The notes beneath the pieces are model-generated. The model saw only the letters and a program-made list of their open reading frames with translations. It had not been told where the DNA came from and made no database searches. This document shows positions 55,099-64,000 of a stretch of 64,000 bases of DNA, one piece after another. Positions within the stretch are counted from its first letter, which is position 1. Every line of letters starts with the position of its first letter. The stretch is from a virus. A program made the position numbers and the translations under genes. The stretch is from IMG/VR virus record IMGVR_UViG_3300020182_001907; one strand, 5' to 3'.

Positions 55099-55956
55099 TT
55101 ATGGTGGTGAGGAATAGTATGGATGAAGGGGGTCTAATATAGCTGTTGCCAAACCCCATTTGTGAGCCAAGTAACCTTCTGCTTTTTCCACATTAGAGTT
55201 ATTTGTACCACCTATGCCAGGAATGTCTTTCACACTCATGAACTCAGCTACCCTGCCATTCATTCTTTCATTAGCTCTGTTGCGGAACAGACGTAAATCC
55301 ATATTTGTATTTAATGAGTTGTCATAGTCATTTACAGGAGGAGCGACAGTACCTCCATTTAACCTTACAGAAATTTGATTTCCTGACTTGTTAAAAACCG
55401 CAGCAATCAGGTACCAAACGTTTATGTTTAGACTCGTGTTAAATAACAGTGCATTGCCTATACTTGATGAGATCCTGTTTGAAGCCAGTCCGTCTAAATC
55501 CAGTTCACCAGGAAAAGAAGTTGTATTACTGGCGCTGATAGCATAGTCTCTTTTGGTCGATAATGCCACTGAGTTATTTTCCGTACTCCAAAAACTATCC
55601 CGTGCATTAGTCACCAAATTCCACTGCATCAGTCCTATTGCCCAGTGGTTGCCTGATCCATCTGTTTGTGCAAACTCGTTAGTGGTTATATCATCGCCTG
55701 AATCAAACGACCATACAGGCTTGCCGTCCAGGCTGGTGCTATTATAAGGAGTGCCAGTCAGTGTATTAGTAGAGTTACCTGTTTTGTCTGTTACTGATGT
55801 GATCGTTGATCCGCTGGTTGTATAACTTCCTGTGTCTGAAGCATCAAACCAGGCTGCCAGAGAAATATCAGTGGGGGCCCAAGGTGCAGGAGAACCAAAG
55901 GCAGCGGCTCTACGCCCACCTGTAAAACTGCCTGTGAAACTGCTAAAGAAGGGCAT
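55099..55956 (-). CDS. Concanavalin A/LamG-like lectin, putative fibre-tip adhesin
   Basis: LAAWFDASD, DKTGN and EGYLAHKWGL motifs; TAATG-coupled to fibre gene. Confidence 0.75.
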   Translation of the reverse strand: MPFFSSFTGSFTGGRRAAAFGSPAPWAPTDISLAAWFDASDTGSYTTSGSTITSVTDKTGNSTNTLTGTPYNSTSLDGKPVWSFDSGDDITTNEFAQTDGSGNHWAIGLMQWNLVTNARDSFWSTENNSVALSTKRDYAISASNTTSFPGELDLDGLASNRISSSIGNALLFNTSLNINVWYLIAAVFNKSGNQISVRLNGGTVAPPVNDYDNSLNTNMDLRLFRNRANERMNGRVAEFMSVKDIPGIGGTNNSNVEKAEGYLAHKWGLATAILDPLHPYYSSPP

Positions 55957-58676
55957 TAACTAAACCCTACAAGCTGACCTAATACTGTGTATGTGCTAAC
56001 ACCTGTTTTAAGGAAACTAAAGCTCACCACATCTTCACCGTTGTTGGTGCCTGTGGGTGGTGATCCACCTTGCCATAGCAGTGTTTGTGCCACACCACCA
56101 ATCTGTACTGCTGTGGGAATACGTGCTGTTGCGCCCTGATCAATAACCAGTGTAACTGTGGCTGCATAGTCAGTGGTTAAACCAAAATTAGTAAAGTTCG
56201 CTGTGAAGTCTGCAACTGGAGCAGTGTGACGGAATATGTGTCCGTTATCACAATCGTGTGTTACGGTGCCTGTTGCTGCATTAATTGTGCTGAACGCTTC
56301 CTGCACACCAGTATCAAACAGTGCATCCCCCTGAGATCTGAAAGTGCCCAGCGTGTTAACTGATCCTGCAATAATGGTAGTACTGGTGCCATTACCAATA
56401 TCTATTTGTGTTGCGGTCGTTGTGCCAATGTCTACCTGGCCATTTGCCACTGCGCCAGTGCCTGCATCCAGTATCAGTGTGCCGCCTGTGCTGTTCAAGC
56501 CCGAAGCATCACCGCCGTTGATGTTTAGATTGTCACCGTTAACGCTGTCAGTGGTTTCTGCCGCAGGTTGTACATTGCCTGTTTCCAAACTGCTTGCTGA
56601 GAACGTGCCACCTGCAAATGATATAGTAACGGTATTACCACCCGAGATGCTTAGGTTGCTGTTTGCCTGATCCCAGGTTAATGTTTGACTATCAGAGTCT
56701 ACGTTGCTGTAGCCCTGAGTATCTAAATATGCTTGCACTGTGGCATTGCTATAACTTACCACTGTGTTGCTGTAGCCCTGAGTATCTAAATATGCTTGCA
56801 CTGTGGCATTGCTATAACTTACCACTGTGTTGCTATAACCGTTTGATGTAAGGAAAGTGTTTACATCACTGTCAGCATAGTTAGAAAATCCTGTGATAGT
56901 AACCTCATTGCCGCCACTGATTGAAATATTTGAATTTGCCTCGTCCCAGGTTAAAGTTTGTGCATCTAAATCTACATTACTATAGCCTTGTGCATCCAAG
57001 TATGTTTGTACATCAGTATCGCCATACGTTGTTGCAGTATTACTGAATCCCTGTGCATCTAAATAAGCCTGAACTGATGCATCTGTATAACTTACAATAG
57101 CATTACCATTTAATAATAATCCTGCGCCGCTAGTGCTAATTGTATCTGTACCTAAATAAATTGTGGCATTTGCCAAATATAAATCTTTCCAACGAGCATC
57201 GTTTGTGCCTAAATCATATGTTACGTTTGCGCTTGGTATGATATTACCTGCCCAGTTACCTTCACCTAACAACAATACATCTGCATCACCATAACTACCA
57301 CCTAGACCAGTTAAAGCAATGCTGTTACCTCCTGCAATACTAAGTGTTGCGTTAGCTTCGTCCCAAGCTAAATCTAAATCATCTAAATCTGCGAGTGTAA
57401 CAAATCCTGCATCACCTGTACCCACATGTAAAGTATCTGTGGTATAATTCCATGTTACCGAACCTTCTCCACTGCTTATCACTGTGTTACTTTGAGGTAC
57501 AATTAACTCACCATCAGTTAGATTAGCAACATCGGTTAAACCGGTAGTAGGACTTGCATCTACCCACTGTACACTATCAACATCTTGATAATAAATTTTT
57601 AATCTACCTTTATTGCTGTTCCACCACAAGTCTCCATCACTAGGACCGGAAGGGGGATTGTCGCTTACGGTTACACTAGCGCCACCACCAGCACTTCCTG
57701 CGGGGTTAGTGTCAACCCATTGACTGCTATCAACATCAGTATAATATATTTTTAATCTACCGGCAGCACTATCCCACCATAAGTCACCTTCACTGGGACT
57801 TAAAGGAGGAGTATCATCAACATCTACACTAGCACCTCCTGCTGCACTAGCGAAAGTAATTGTGTCTGCTGCTGCATTAGTAGTAATAGTCATACCAGTG
57901 CCGGCTGCAAATGTTAATGTATCTGCCTTGTTGTCAGCACTAACTGTAGTTTGTCCTGCTACTTCAATATTACGATAAGCTTCAGTTGTAATAATATTAT
58001 AATCAACATTACCGTTCCCACCAGCGCCGCCAGCCATTAGTACTAAGTCAACGTTTTGTATTCTACCGTAAGTGTCTACAGTGATTTGAGGTGCATGAGT
58101 AACGTTACCGTATGTACCTGGTGTAACACCTGTAGATACTAAGTTTAATGTTGGAGACGATGCAATACCAGATCCACCAGTAACGCTAATTTGTCCCGCC
58201 GTTCCTGAAATATTAGCTATGTGTTCTGCATTTAAACTTTGTGCAATTTCAAAAGTACCTTCTACTAATGCGGTACTAATTACTTGGCCTTTGTCGTTTA
58301 TAGTGATCGAGGGAATGTGTGTTGCATTGCCGTATGTGCCTGCTGTAGATACTGGTTCAATAAATATACCAGTGCTATTTGCAAGTAACCCTCCGGATGG
58401 CGAAGTAGTAATATTAATTACGCCCTGATCAGTTTTGTTTAAGCCATTACCTGCACTGTAAGGATCAGATAATGCGGGCCTCCATTCATTAACCCCACCA
58501 AAATATGTAAGTACTTGTCCGTTTTCTGGTGCATAAGCACCAAAGGTGTTAACATCAGATAATTCGTTTGTTGAGAAAGTAATAAAATCTATTTCAGATC
58601 CTGCTGTTATTACTACTTGGGTGCTTCCAGAGTACACTGACGGAGTGTCAGATAAACTAATAAATGTATTGGCCAT
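55956..58676 (-). CDS. Long tail fibre protein
   Basis: GTYG..P.IT repeats, 2x GDLWW.S..GRLKIYY, YDLG....W..LY, repeated VQAYLD units, ends TVLGQLVGFS. Confidence 0.85.
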   Translation of the reverse strand: MANTFISLSDTPSVYSGSTQVVITAGSEIDFITFSTNELSDVNTFGAYAPENGQVLTYFGGVNEWRPALSDPYSAGNGLNKTDQGVINITTSPSGGLLANSTGIFIEPVSTAGTYGNATHIPSITINDKGQVISTALVEGTFEIAQSLNAEHIANISGTAGQISVTGGSGIASSPTLNLVSTGVTPGTYGNVTHAPQITVDTYGRIQNVDLVLMAGGAGGNGNVDYNIITTEAYRNIEVAGQTTVSADNKADTLTFAAGTGMTITTNAAADTITFASAAGGASVDVDDTPPLSPSEGDLWWDSAAGRLKIYYTDVDSSQWVDTNPAGSAGGGASVTVSDNPPSGPSDGDLWWNSNKGRLKIYYQDVDSVQWVDASPTTGLTDVANLTDGELIVPQSNTVISSGEGSVTWNYTTDTLHVGTGDAGFVTLADLDDLDLAWDEANATLSIAGGNSIALTGLGGSYGDADVLLLGEGNWAGNIIPSANVTYDLGTNDARWKDLYLANATIYLGTDTISTSGAGLLLNGNAIVSYTDASVQAYLDAQGFSNTATTYGDTDVQTYLDAQGYSNVDLDAQTLTWDEANSNISISGGNEVTITGFSNYADSDVNTFLTSNGYSNTVVSYSNATVQAYLDTQGYSNTVVSYSNATVQAYLDTQGYSNVDSDSQTLTWDQANSNLSISGGNTVTISFAGGTFSASSLETGNVQPAAETTDSVNGDNLNINGGDASGLNSTGGTLILDAGTGAVANGQVDIGTTTATQIDIGNGTSTTIIAGSVNTLGTFRSQGDALFDTGVQEAFSTINAATGTVTHDCDNGHIFRHTAPVADFTANFTNFGLTTDYAATVTLVIDQGATARIPTAVQIGGVAQTLLWQGGSPPTGTNNGEDVVSFSFLKTGVSTYTVLGQLVGFS
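56703..56834. repeat. Exact 63-bp tandem duplication inside the tail fibre gene
   Basis: Units start at 56703 and 56766; encodes SNTVVSYSNATVQAYLDTQGY twice. Confidence 0.92.
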
Positions 58677-58707
58677 TATCAATCCTAAGCTAGTGTGCTA
58701 TTACAGC

Positions 58708-58717
58708 TATTTATCAC
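58708..58717 (-). promoter_or_regulatory. Late promoter element GTGATAAATA
   Basis: Repeated decamer. Confidence 0.65.
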
Positions 58718-58719
58718 TT

Positions 58720-59148
58720 TTAGCTAGATAATATGACTCTATCAATGCTGCCATAAGATGAATCATATGTAAGACTGTCGCCAATATGCCTACGATCCAT
58801 ATAAGCCCTTATGAATGTGTAGTTTCCTCTGAAAGTATATGCTTCTGATTTTGTTGCAGGAGCGTTTGCGTTGTATTGAATATAACCGTCTGGGTTCCAA
58901 GGATTACTACCTGGATACAAACCGTTAAGTGGATCAATCACAAGATCAAACCAATCTCCGTCCGCAGGTTCTAAACTGAGAGTTGCCTGAATTCTAAATC
59001 TTCCTATCCAATTGTTATATGTTACTTGTATTGTGTGCAATCCGTCAGTATATCCGTAATAGCTATCACTTTTTACAACTTCGCTAAATTTGGACATTTC
59101 AATGCCAGTAGCACTCATAATCGTAACACTTCTTCTATTAATGGGCAT
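58720..59148 (-). CDS. Conserved phage (putative virion) protein
   Basis: DSYYG..DGLHT, IQATL..P..DWF and F.GNY.FIRA motifs. Confidence 0.75.
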   Translation of the reverse strand: MPINRRSVTIMSATGIEMSKFSEVVKSDSYYGYTDGLHTIQVTYNNWIGRFRIQATLSLEPADGDWFDLVIDPLNGLYPGSNPWNPDGYIQYNANAPATKSEAYTFRGNYTFIRAYMDRRHIGDSLTYDSSYGSIDRVILSS

Positions 59149-59153
59149 TTGTA

Positions 59154-59321
59154 TTATCCTGCTGTTTTGACTTCTACTACAGCACCGTCACCAACCAATT
59201 GCTGTACAACTTGCTCCAGTGTGCTAACTACTTCCTCATTAACCACTGATGTAAGTTTCTCACCGTCTTTTGCAATTCTGCTGATTTCGATCACTACTGA
59301 ATCGCTTACTATTTGTGCCAT
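59154..59321 (-). CDS. Small conserved phage hypothetical protein
   Basis: GGAGAG SD; GATAAATA at 59348-59355. Confidence 0.7.
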   Translation of the reverse strand: MAQIVSDSVVIEISRIAKDGEKLTSVVNEEVVSTLEQVVQQLVGDGAVVEVKTAG

Positions 59322-59395
59322 GTGTATCTCTCCCTGGGTTATTATAGTATTTATCATATAAAATACTTTTCAACCAGCAAAGTTTCTTTTTTTAG

Positions 59396-61579
59396 TTAGA
59401 CAATACTTAACATGTAATCTTTATCTGTATATCCTATTTCTACCCAACAATCCTTTAAATTTTCAAACAATATTTTTTTACTCAATGGTTTCTTTATTTC
59501 GTGTTCAAACAATCGTTTTAATGGCCTTGCTCCCATATTAGGATCATATCCGTCTTGAGCTAGTTGTAAACGAGCATCCTGAGTAATCTTAATTCTAATT
59601 TTACTGTTGTTACCTATCAACAATGCGTTTGTTTCTTCTACTAGTTTATCAACAATTAACAACATTTGTGTGTTCTCTAGTTTACTAAACGGCACTATTG
59701 CATCAATCCTGTTTCTAAATTCAGGGGCAAAAAATTGTTGGATAGCTTTATCAATCTCTCCCTGCTTTACGGGATCACCAAAACCAATTTTACGAACCTC
59801 ACTTGCTTGTATTCCCAAATTGCTTGTCATTAAAATAATAACATTAGAAAAATCTACTTTTTTGCCAGCACTACCAGTAAGAACTCCATCGTCCATAATT
59901 TGTAACAACACCTGTAAAACTTCTGGTGCTGCTTTTTCCACCTCATCTAATAATAAAACACAATTAGGTGTTTCATCGATTGCTGCTAATAACTGACCTT
60001 GGCCCATTTTACCTTCTGCATGGCCAATATATCCTGGAGGAGCACCAATCAATTTTGCAATGCTGTGTCTTTCTTGATATTCACTCATATCAAATTTTAC
60101 CAATGTACAATTTAATTCCTCTGCTAATGCCCTTGCAGTTTCTGTTTTACCAGTACCTGTGGGTCCTACAAATAGAAAACTACCAATTGGTTTATGCACT
60201 TCCCGTAAACCTGCTTTGCTTACCAATATACTCTCTACAATTTTTGCAATTGCTTGATCTTGTCCGTAAACAACTGTCTTGATTCTATCTTCCAGTGTTT
60301 CGTAACCATAACTGCTTTCCGTATCAATTACGTCTTCGCCAATGTTACTTATTTTACTAATAACTTTTACGACATCTGAAATTTTTACGGTTTTTTGTTC
60401 ACGAAGTTTAACTCTAGCGCCAGCAGCATCTACAATGTCCAATGCTTTATCTGGAAAACACTTATTTTTGATATATCTATCAGAAAGGTCAACTACTCTG
60501 CTTAATAATTTTAAGCTGTATTTTACATGATGGAATTCTTCGTAATAGGATTTCAGACCGTATAGAATATCCTTAGTGTCAGCAACTGAAGTTTCATTGA
60601 TTATTAGTTTTTCAAAACGCCGTTTCATTGCGCCATCTTTTTCTATACTATTAGCAAATTCGTCTGGAGTAGTTGCTCCTATGGTTTGTAATCTACCTCT
60701 ACCTAACGCAGGCTTTAGGATATTTGCAGCATCAACTGATCCGCTAGATCCTGTACCTGCTCCCATGATCATATGTATTTCGTCTATAAACAAAATAGCG
60801 TCTGGGTCTTTTTCTAGATAGGAAATTACACCTTTTAATCTTTCCTCAAAGTCACCTCTGTACTTGGCACCTGCAATCATTCCTGCTAAGTCCATGCTGT
60901 ACACAACTTTGTTTTTCATTATATTTGGTATTTCACCGTCTACGATTTTTTTAGCCAACCCTTCTGCAATAGCAGTTTTACCTGTGCCTGGTTCCCCTAC
61001 TAACACACAGTTATTTTTCTTTCTTTTTGCAAGTACGTGTACTAAGTCACTTACCTCGTTTTGTCTTCCAATTAAAGGATCTATCTTGGAATTTTTTGCT
61101 TCTTGGTTTAAGTTTATGGTGTATTGTTCCAATAAATCTCTTGCTTCGTTATCTTCCTTTTCTTTGATAATTTTCTCTTTAATTGTCTCTTTTTCTAATC
61201 CGTTTATTTCGCAATAGTAACGAGCAAAACTTTCTTCCTCGCTTAAAATACTAATTAACAAATCTGTTGTTTCAAATTTGTCTTTTTGGCTAAACATCAT
61301 TTGTGCTACGCCTCTTTGAAAAACACGATCAACTAATGTTGTTTTTTTAGGTTTTCCTTTAGTGCCGTGAACATTCTTTAAACCATGCCAACTTTCTCTG
61401 TTAAAATAGTTATTTAAGTCTGTGATTATTTGATCAACGTCAACTGTATTTTCCTTACATACCTCTATTATTTTTTCGTCCCTGAGTAAGCACAAAACAA
61501 TATGTTCTAGAGTAACATATTCATGATTTAGTTCTTGGGCTACAGTTAGCGCATTATGCATTACTTCTTCAATTGTCAC
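59396..61579 (-). CDS. clpA: ATP-dependent Clp protease ATP-binding subunit ClpA
   Basis: HEYVTLEH N-domain, two AAA modules (GEPGTGKT, GPTGTGKT), KYRGDFEERLK, IGF loop, GARPL. Confidence 0.93.
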   Translation of the reverse strand: MTIEEVMHNALTVAQELNHEYVTLEHIVLCLLRDEKIIEVCKENTVDVDQIITDLNNYFNRESWHGLKNVHGTKGKPKKTTLVDRVFQRGVAQMMFSQKDKFETTDLLISILSEEESFARYYCEINGLEKETIKEKIIKEKEDNEARDLLEQYTINLNQEAKNSKIDPLIGRQNEVSDLVHVLAKRKKNNCVLVGEPGTGKTAIAEGLAKKIVDGEIPNIMKNKVVYSMDLAGMIAGAKYRGDFEERLKGVISYLEKDPDAILFIDEIHMIMGAGTGSSGSVDAANILKPALGRGRLQTIGATTPDEFANSIEKDGAMKRRFEKLIINETSVADTKDILYGLKSYYEEFHHVKYSLKLLSRVVDLSDRYIKNKCFPDKALDIVDAAGARVKLREQKTVKISDVVKVISKISNIGEDVIDTESSYGYETLEDRIKTVVYGQDQAIAKIVESILVSKAGLREVHKPIGSFLFVGPTGTGKTETARALAEELNCTLVKFDMSEYQERHSIAKLIGAPPGYIGHAEGKMGQGQLLAAIDETPNCVLLLDEVEKAAPEVLQVLLQIMDDGVLTGSAGKKVDFSNVIILMTSNLGIQASEVRKIGFGDPVKQGEIDKAIQQFFAPEFRNRIDAIVPFSKLENTQMLLIVDKLVEETNALLIGNNSKIRIKITQDARLQLAQDGYDPNMGARPLKRLFEHEIKKPLSKKILFENLKDCWVEIGYTDKDYMLSIV

Positions 61580-62400
61580 TTAAATACCTCATCTTTTATT
61601 TTATTTAACATCGATATATGCTCAGGATTAGTAATATTAGGTGTCTTAATATCTAATATTAAAAACAAATGTCCTTTGCTGTTGATATTATTAGGACTAG
61701 GCATACCCCATTGGCTTAGTCTTAATCTTTCCCCCGTACACGAACCTCTTGGTATTTTTACTTTGAACCTAGATCCTGCAAAGTGTTCGTATTCTATTTC
61801 TCCTCCTATCATTGCAGTGATACAGTCTATGTTAATTTTATGCAATACATTATCCCCATCACGTGCCATGTTTGGTGGCATTTGTGTTTGTATTCTTACA
61901 ATCAAATCTCCAGGAGGTAACTGTTTAAATCGTTGATGTCCTTTGCCGTGTATTCTTAATTTTGCCCCTTCACGAATACCAGGTGGCAATGATATATTTT
62001 CGTTTATAACCCCAGCGTTTATGTTAAAATCTCCGCCTGTATAGGATTGCAAAAGACTAATATTTAAATTTACTTGTGCATCAGGATTTCTTTGTTGCTG
62101 TGGTCCTCTGTTACTAAATCCAAATTGTGACATGACATCATCAAACGGGCTACCGGTATTAAAGTTAAAACTGAATCCCTGAGGTCCACCTTGTTGTTGT
62201 GGATCCACTGTACCAAACTGATCATACATTTGACGCTTTTGAGGATCACTTAATCCTTCATATGCTTCTTGTAATTTTTTGAACTCAGCTTCGTCGCCGC
62301 CTTTGTCAGGATGATGTTGTCCAGCTAACTTGCGATAAGCACGTTTAATCGTTTGTGGATCCGCATCGCGAGCCACGCCTAGTGTTTGATAGTAATCCAT
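61576..62400 (-). CDS. dnaJ: DnaJ-family co-chaperone without zinc finger (class B, CbpA-like)
   Basis: DYYQTLGV, HHPDKGG (HPD), G/F-rich linker, C-terminal domain. Confidence 0.9.
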   Translation of the reverse strand: MDYYQTLGVARDADPQTIKRAYRKLAGQHHPDKGGDEAEFKKLQEAYEGLSDPQKRQMYDQFGTVDPQQQGGPQGFSFNFNTGSPFDDVMSQFGFSNRGPQQQRNPDAQVNLNISLLQSYTGGDFNINAGVINENISLPPGIREGAKLRIHGKGHQRFKQLPPGDLIVRIQTQMPPNMARDGDNVLHKINIDCITAMIGGEIEYEHFAGSRFKVKIPRGSCTGERLRLSQWGMPSPNNINSKGHLFLILDIKTPNITNPEHISMLNKIKDEVFK

Positions 62401-62408
62401 ATGTGTCT

Positions 62409-62437
62409 ATTATAGCATAAGTTTGAGGAAAATGCAA
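62409..62437 (-). promoter_or_regulatory. Sigma70-type promoter TTGCAT-N17-TATAAT for dnaJ-clpA
   Basis: TGCTATAAT extended -10. Confidence 0.6.
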
Positions 62438-62460
62438 GGGGCAACTGTTGTTACCCCCGC
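62429..62460 (-). terminator. Probable intrinsic terminator after the TonB-dependent receptor gene
   Basis: GGGGTAAC-AACA-GTTGCCCC hairpin followed by TTGCATTTT. Confidence 0.65.
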
Positions 62461-62476
62461 ATCTTTATTTATAGAA

Positions 62477-64000
62477 TTAAAAGACGTACTTTAATCCTAA
62501 CTGGATACGACTTAAACTTCTGTAGTAGTTAATCGCTTGATTATCCACACGGTCTAAGCTCATGCCGTAAGCTGGACGATATTCATAACTGTATGAGCCG
62601 TCAGCGTTTGTGACTGGTACTGCTTCAGCTAAACTACGGGCTGAGTTGTTTGCTTTAGTCTGCTGTCCCCAATCTGAGTTCAACAAGTTAGGCAAGTTCT
62701 CAATATCAAGTGATACTAGGACCTTGTCTGCCTTGCGAAATCCTGGAAACTCTTGAGTAACTTTTAAGTCAACTCTGTAGTTCCAATCAGTTTCGAACTC
62801 GTTGATTGGTGCAAAGCCACCTGCATAACCTGCTAAACCAGCTGCTGCAATGTATGCGTTGTAATCAGCTGCAAAGTAATCAGGAATGATTACGTCTGTA
62901 CCTGAACCATTTGGTACATAAAATGCTGCTGTTTCATCACGAGCTGATTCTCTATCCAATCCCCATAACGCACCATCTTTATACTGACCAAGAGTATAGC
63001 TGAATGGTTCGCCACTTACAGCGCCAGCAATTAATGCAAAGCGTGTTGGTGAGTTTGGAATCCAGTTTGCAGTATAACCTGCAACAACACTAATTGTGTG
63101 TTCACGGCTGTATGGGCTTCTGTGCAATACGTCTGCATTGAAGTCTTCATACTTAGTGGTGTACTTGAAGTTACTGATGTTACGTGAGCTGCTTAAAGCA
63201 CCTACTGTTTCTACATCTTGCCAAGTGTAATTAGCGTATAAGTCAAAGCCATTATCAAAGGCCTTTGCAACACTAGCTGAGAACAAAAGACTTTCGCCTT
63301 TGTCTGTGTTAGTGAGTAACATGTCATAACCACGACCGTCAATGAATTTCTCCATTGCTTTACCACATACACTATAGTCTGCATAAATTGCTCTGCCATC
63401 TGGGCCTGTACCAATTTGAGTATTTGATACATAGTCACCAATTTCTGGACAATCTACAGCACCACCAAATGCAGGGTTGCCAATACGCAACTGCCGGAAG
63501 TGTAAGTCTTTGTCTACTTTGGTCATTAACAAGTCTGCTGTCATATCCCAACCATCACCAAAAGTCCAATCAGCGCCAATGCTTACTTTAAGTTCACGTG
63601 GCAATTCAAAGTTTGGATCCATGATGTCAGCATAACCAGGACGGAATCCAGGTTGACCAGGCTGATAAATGTACTGGTCAAATACTGATGTATCAAACCC
63701 ATCAAAGCCTGCTGCTGCTTCTAGTGGAACGTTTGCGTTTTGGATACCAATACCATCATTGCTGAAAGTACCACCCATCCACACGTTAGGACGTCCACCA
63801 GTAAAGTAACCTGCACCACCGCGGAATGTTACATCCTGGAAGAAAGCAAGGTCATCTGCTTGGAATGAAAAACTAACTCTAGGCAAGAATACATCTTTGC
63901 CGTCTAAGCTAGTAGCGTTACTGAAACCATAGTATTGTTCAATTTGAGGATTAGCCTTTGGTGCTTGATCCATAGAGATCTTTTCCCAACGTGCGCCAGC
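62477..64000 (-). CDS. TonB-dependent outer-membrane receptor, Oar-like (5' truncated by window edge)
   Basis: Frame is open to the window end; PRVSF, RGGAGYFTG..P.VW, DIENLPNLLNSDWG and C-terminal RIQLGLKYVF beta-signal. Confidence 0.88.
   Translation of the reverse strand, partial: AGARWEKISMDQAPKANPQIEQYYGFSNATSLDGKDVFLPRVSFSFQADDLAFFQDVTFRGGAGYFTGGRPNVWMGGTFSNDGIGIQNANVPLEAAAGFDGFDTSVFDQYIYQPGQPGFRPGYADIMDPNFELPRELKVSIGADWTFGDGWDMTADLLMTKVDKDLHFRQLRIGNPAFGGAVDCPEIGDYVSNTQIGTGPDGRAIYADYSVCGKAMEKFIDGRGYDMLLTNTDKGESLLFSASVAKAFDNGFDLYANYTWQDVETVGALSSSRNISNFKYTTKYEDFNADVLHRSPYSREHTISVVAGYTANWIPNSPTRFALIAGAVSGEPFSYTLGQYKDGALWGLDRESARDETAAFYVPNGSGTDVIIPDYFAADYNAYIAAAGLAGYAGGFAPINEFETDWNYRVDLKVTQEFPGFRKADKVLVSLDIENLPNLLNSDWGQQTKANNSARSLAEAVPVTNADGSYSYEYRPAYGMSLDRVDNQAINYYRSLSRIQLGLKYVF

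Noticed and set aside
49824-58676. Diversity-generating retroelement targeting fibre genes
   Set aside because: No reverse transcriptase and no adenine-specific mismatched repeat pair seen; repeats are in-frame protein repeats

Overview
This window is a 64-kb, AT-rich, gene-dense segment of a large T4-related (jumbo-type) tailed phage using the standard genetic code. The host is probably a proteobacterium, inferred from IHF boxes, a c-type cytochrome and a TonB-dependent receptor. 1-10.9 kb (+ strand) is a nucleotide-sugar/glycan-modification block: epimerases, a ThDP-enzyme subunit, HldC/HldA-like heptose enzymes, a carbamoyltransferase, a 1132-aa protein of ten glycosyltransferase-like modules and a methyltransferase. 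Everything from 10.9 kb onward is on the - strand. It contains an AAA/VWA pair, an HNH nuclease, RNase H and ribosomal protein L33. Next is a 7-deazaguanine cluster (QueE, FolE, QueD-like, TGT/DpdA-like; no QueC in the window) interleaved with a PRTase, GalE, a GT-B glycosyltransferase, an Hc1-like histone, a cytochrome c and a MazG-like gene, directly beside the sliding clamp, family-B DNA polymerase and DsbA. Then come FabF/desaturase/transferase genes, seven tRNAs, virion/tail-fibre genes, ClpA, a DnaJ-like protein and a truncated TonB-dependent receptor. Notable non-coding signals: a structured, switch-like leader on the DNA polymerase mRNA; a hairpin whose loop is complementary to Shine-Dalgarno leaders; early promoters with a 16-nt spacer and IHF boxes; and late-type promoters exactly 5 nt upstream of ATG (leaderless mRNAs). 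All functional calls come from motif recognition by eye; no database searches were run.
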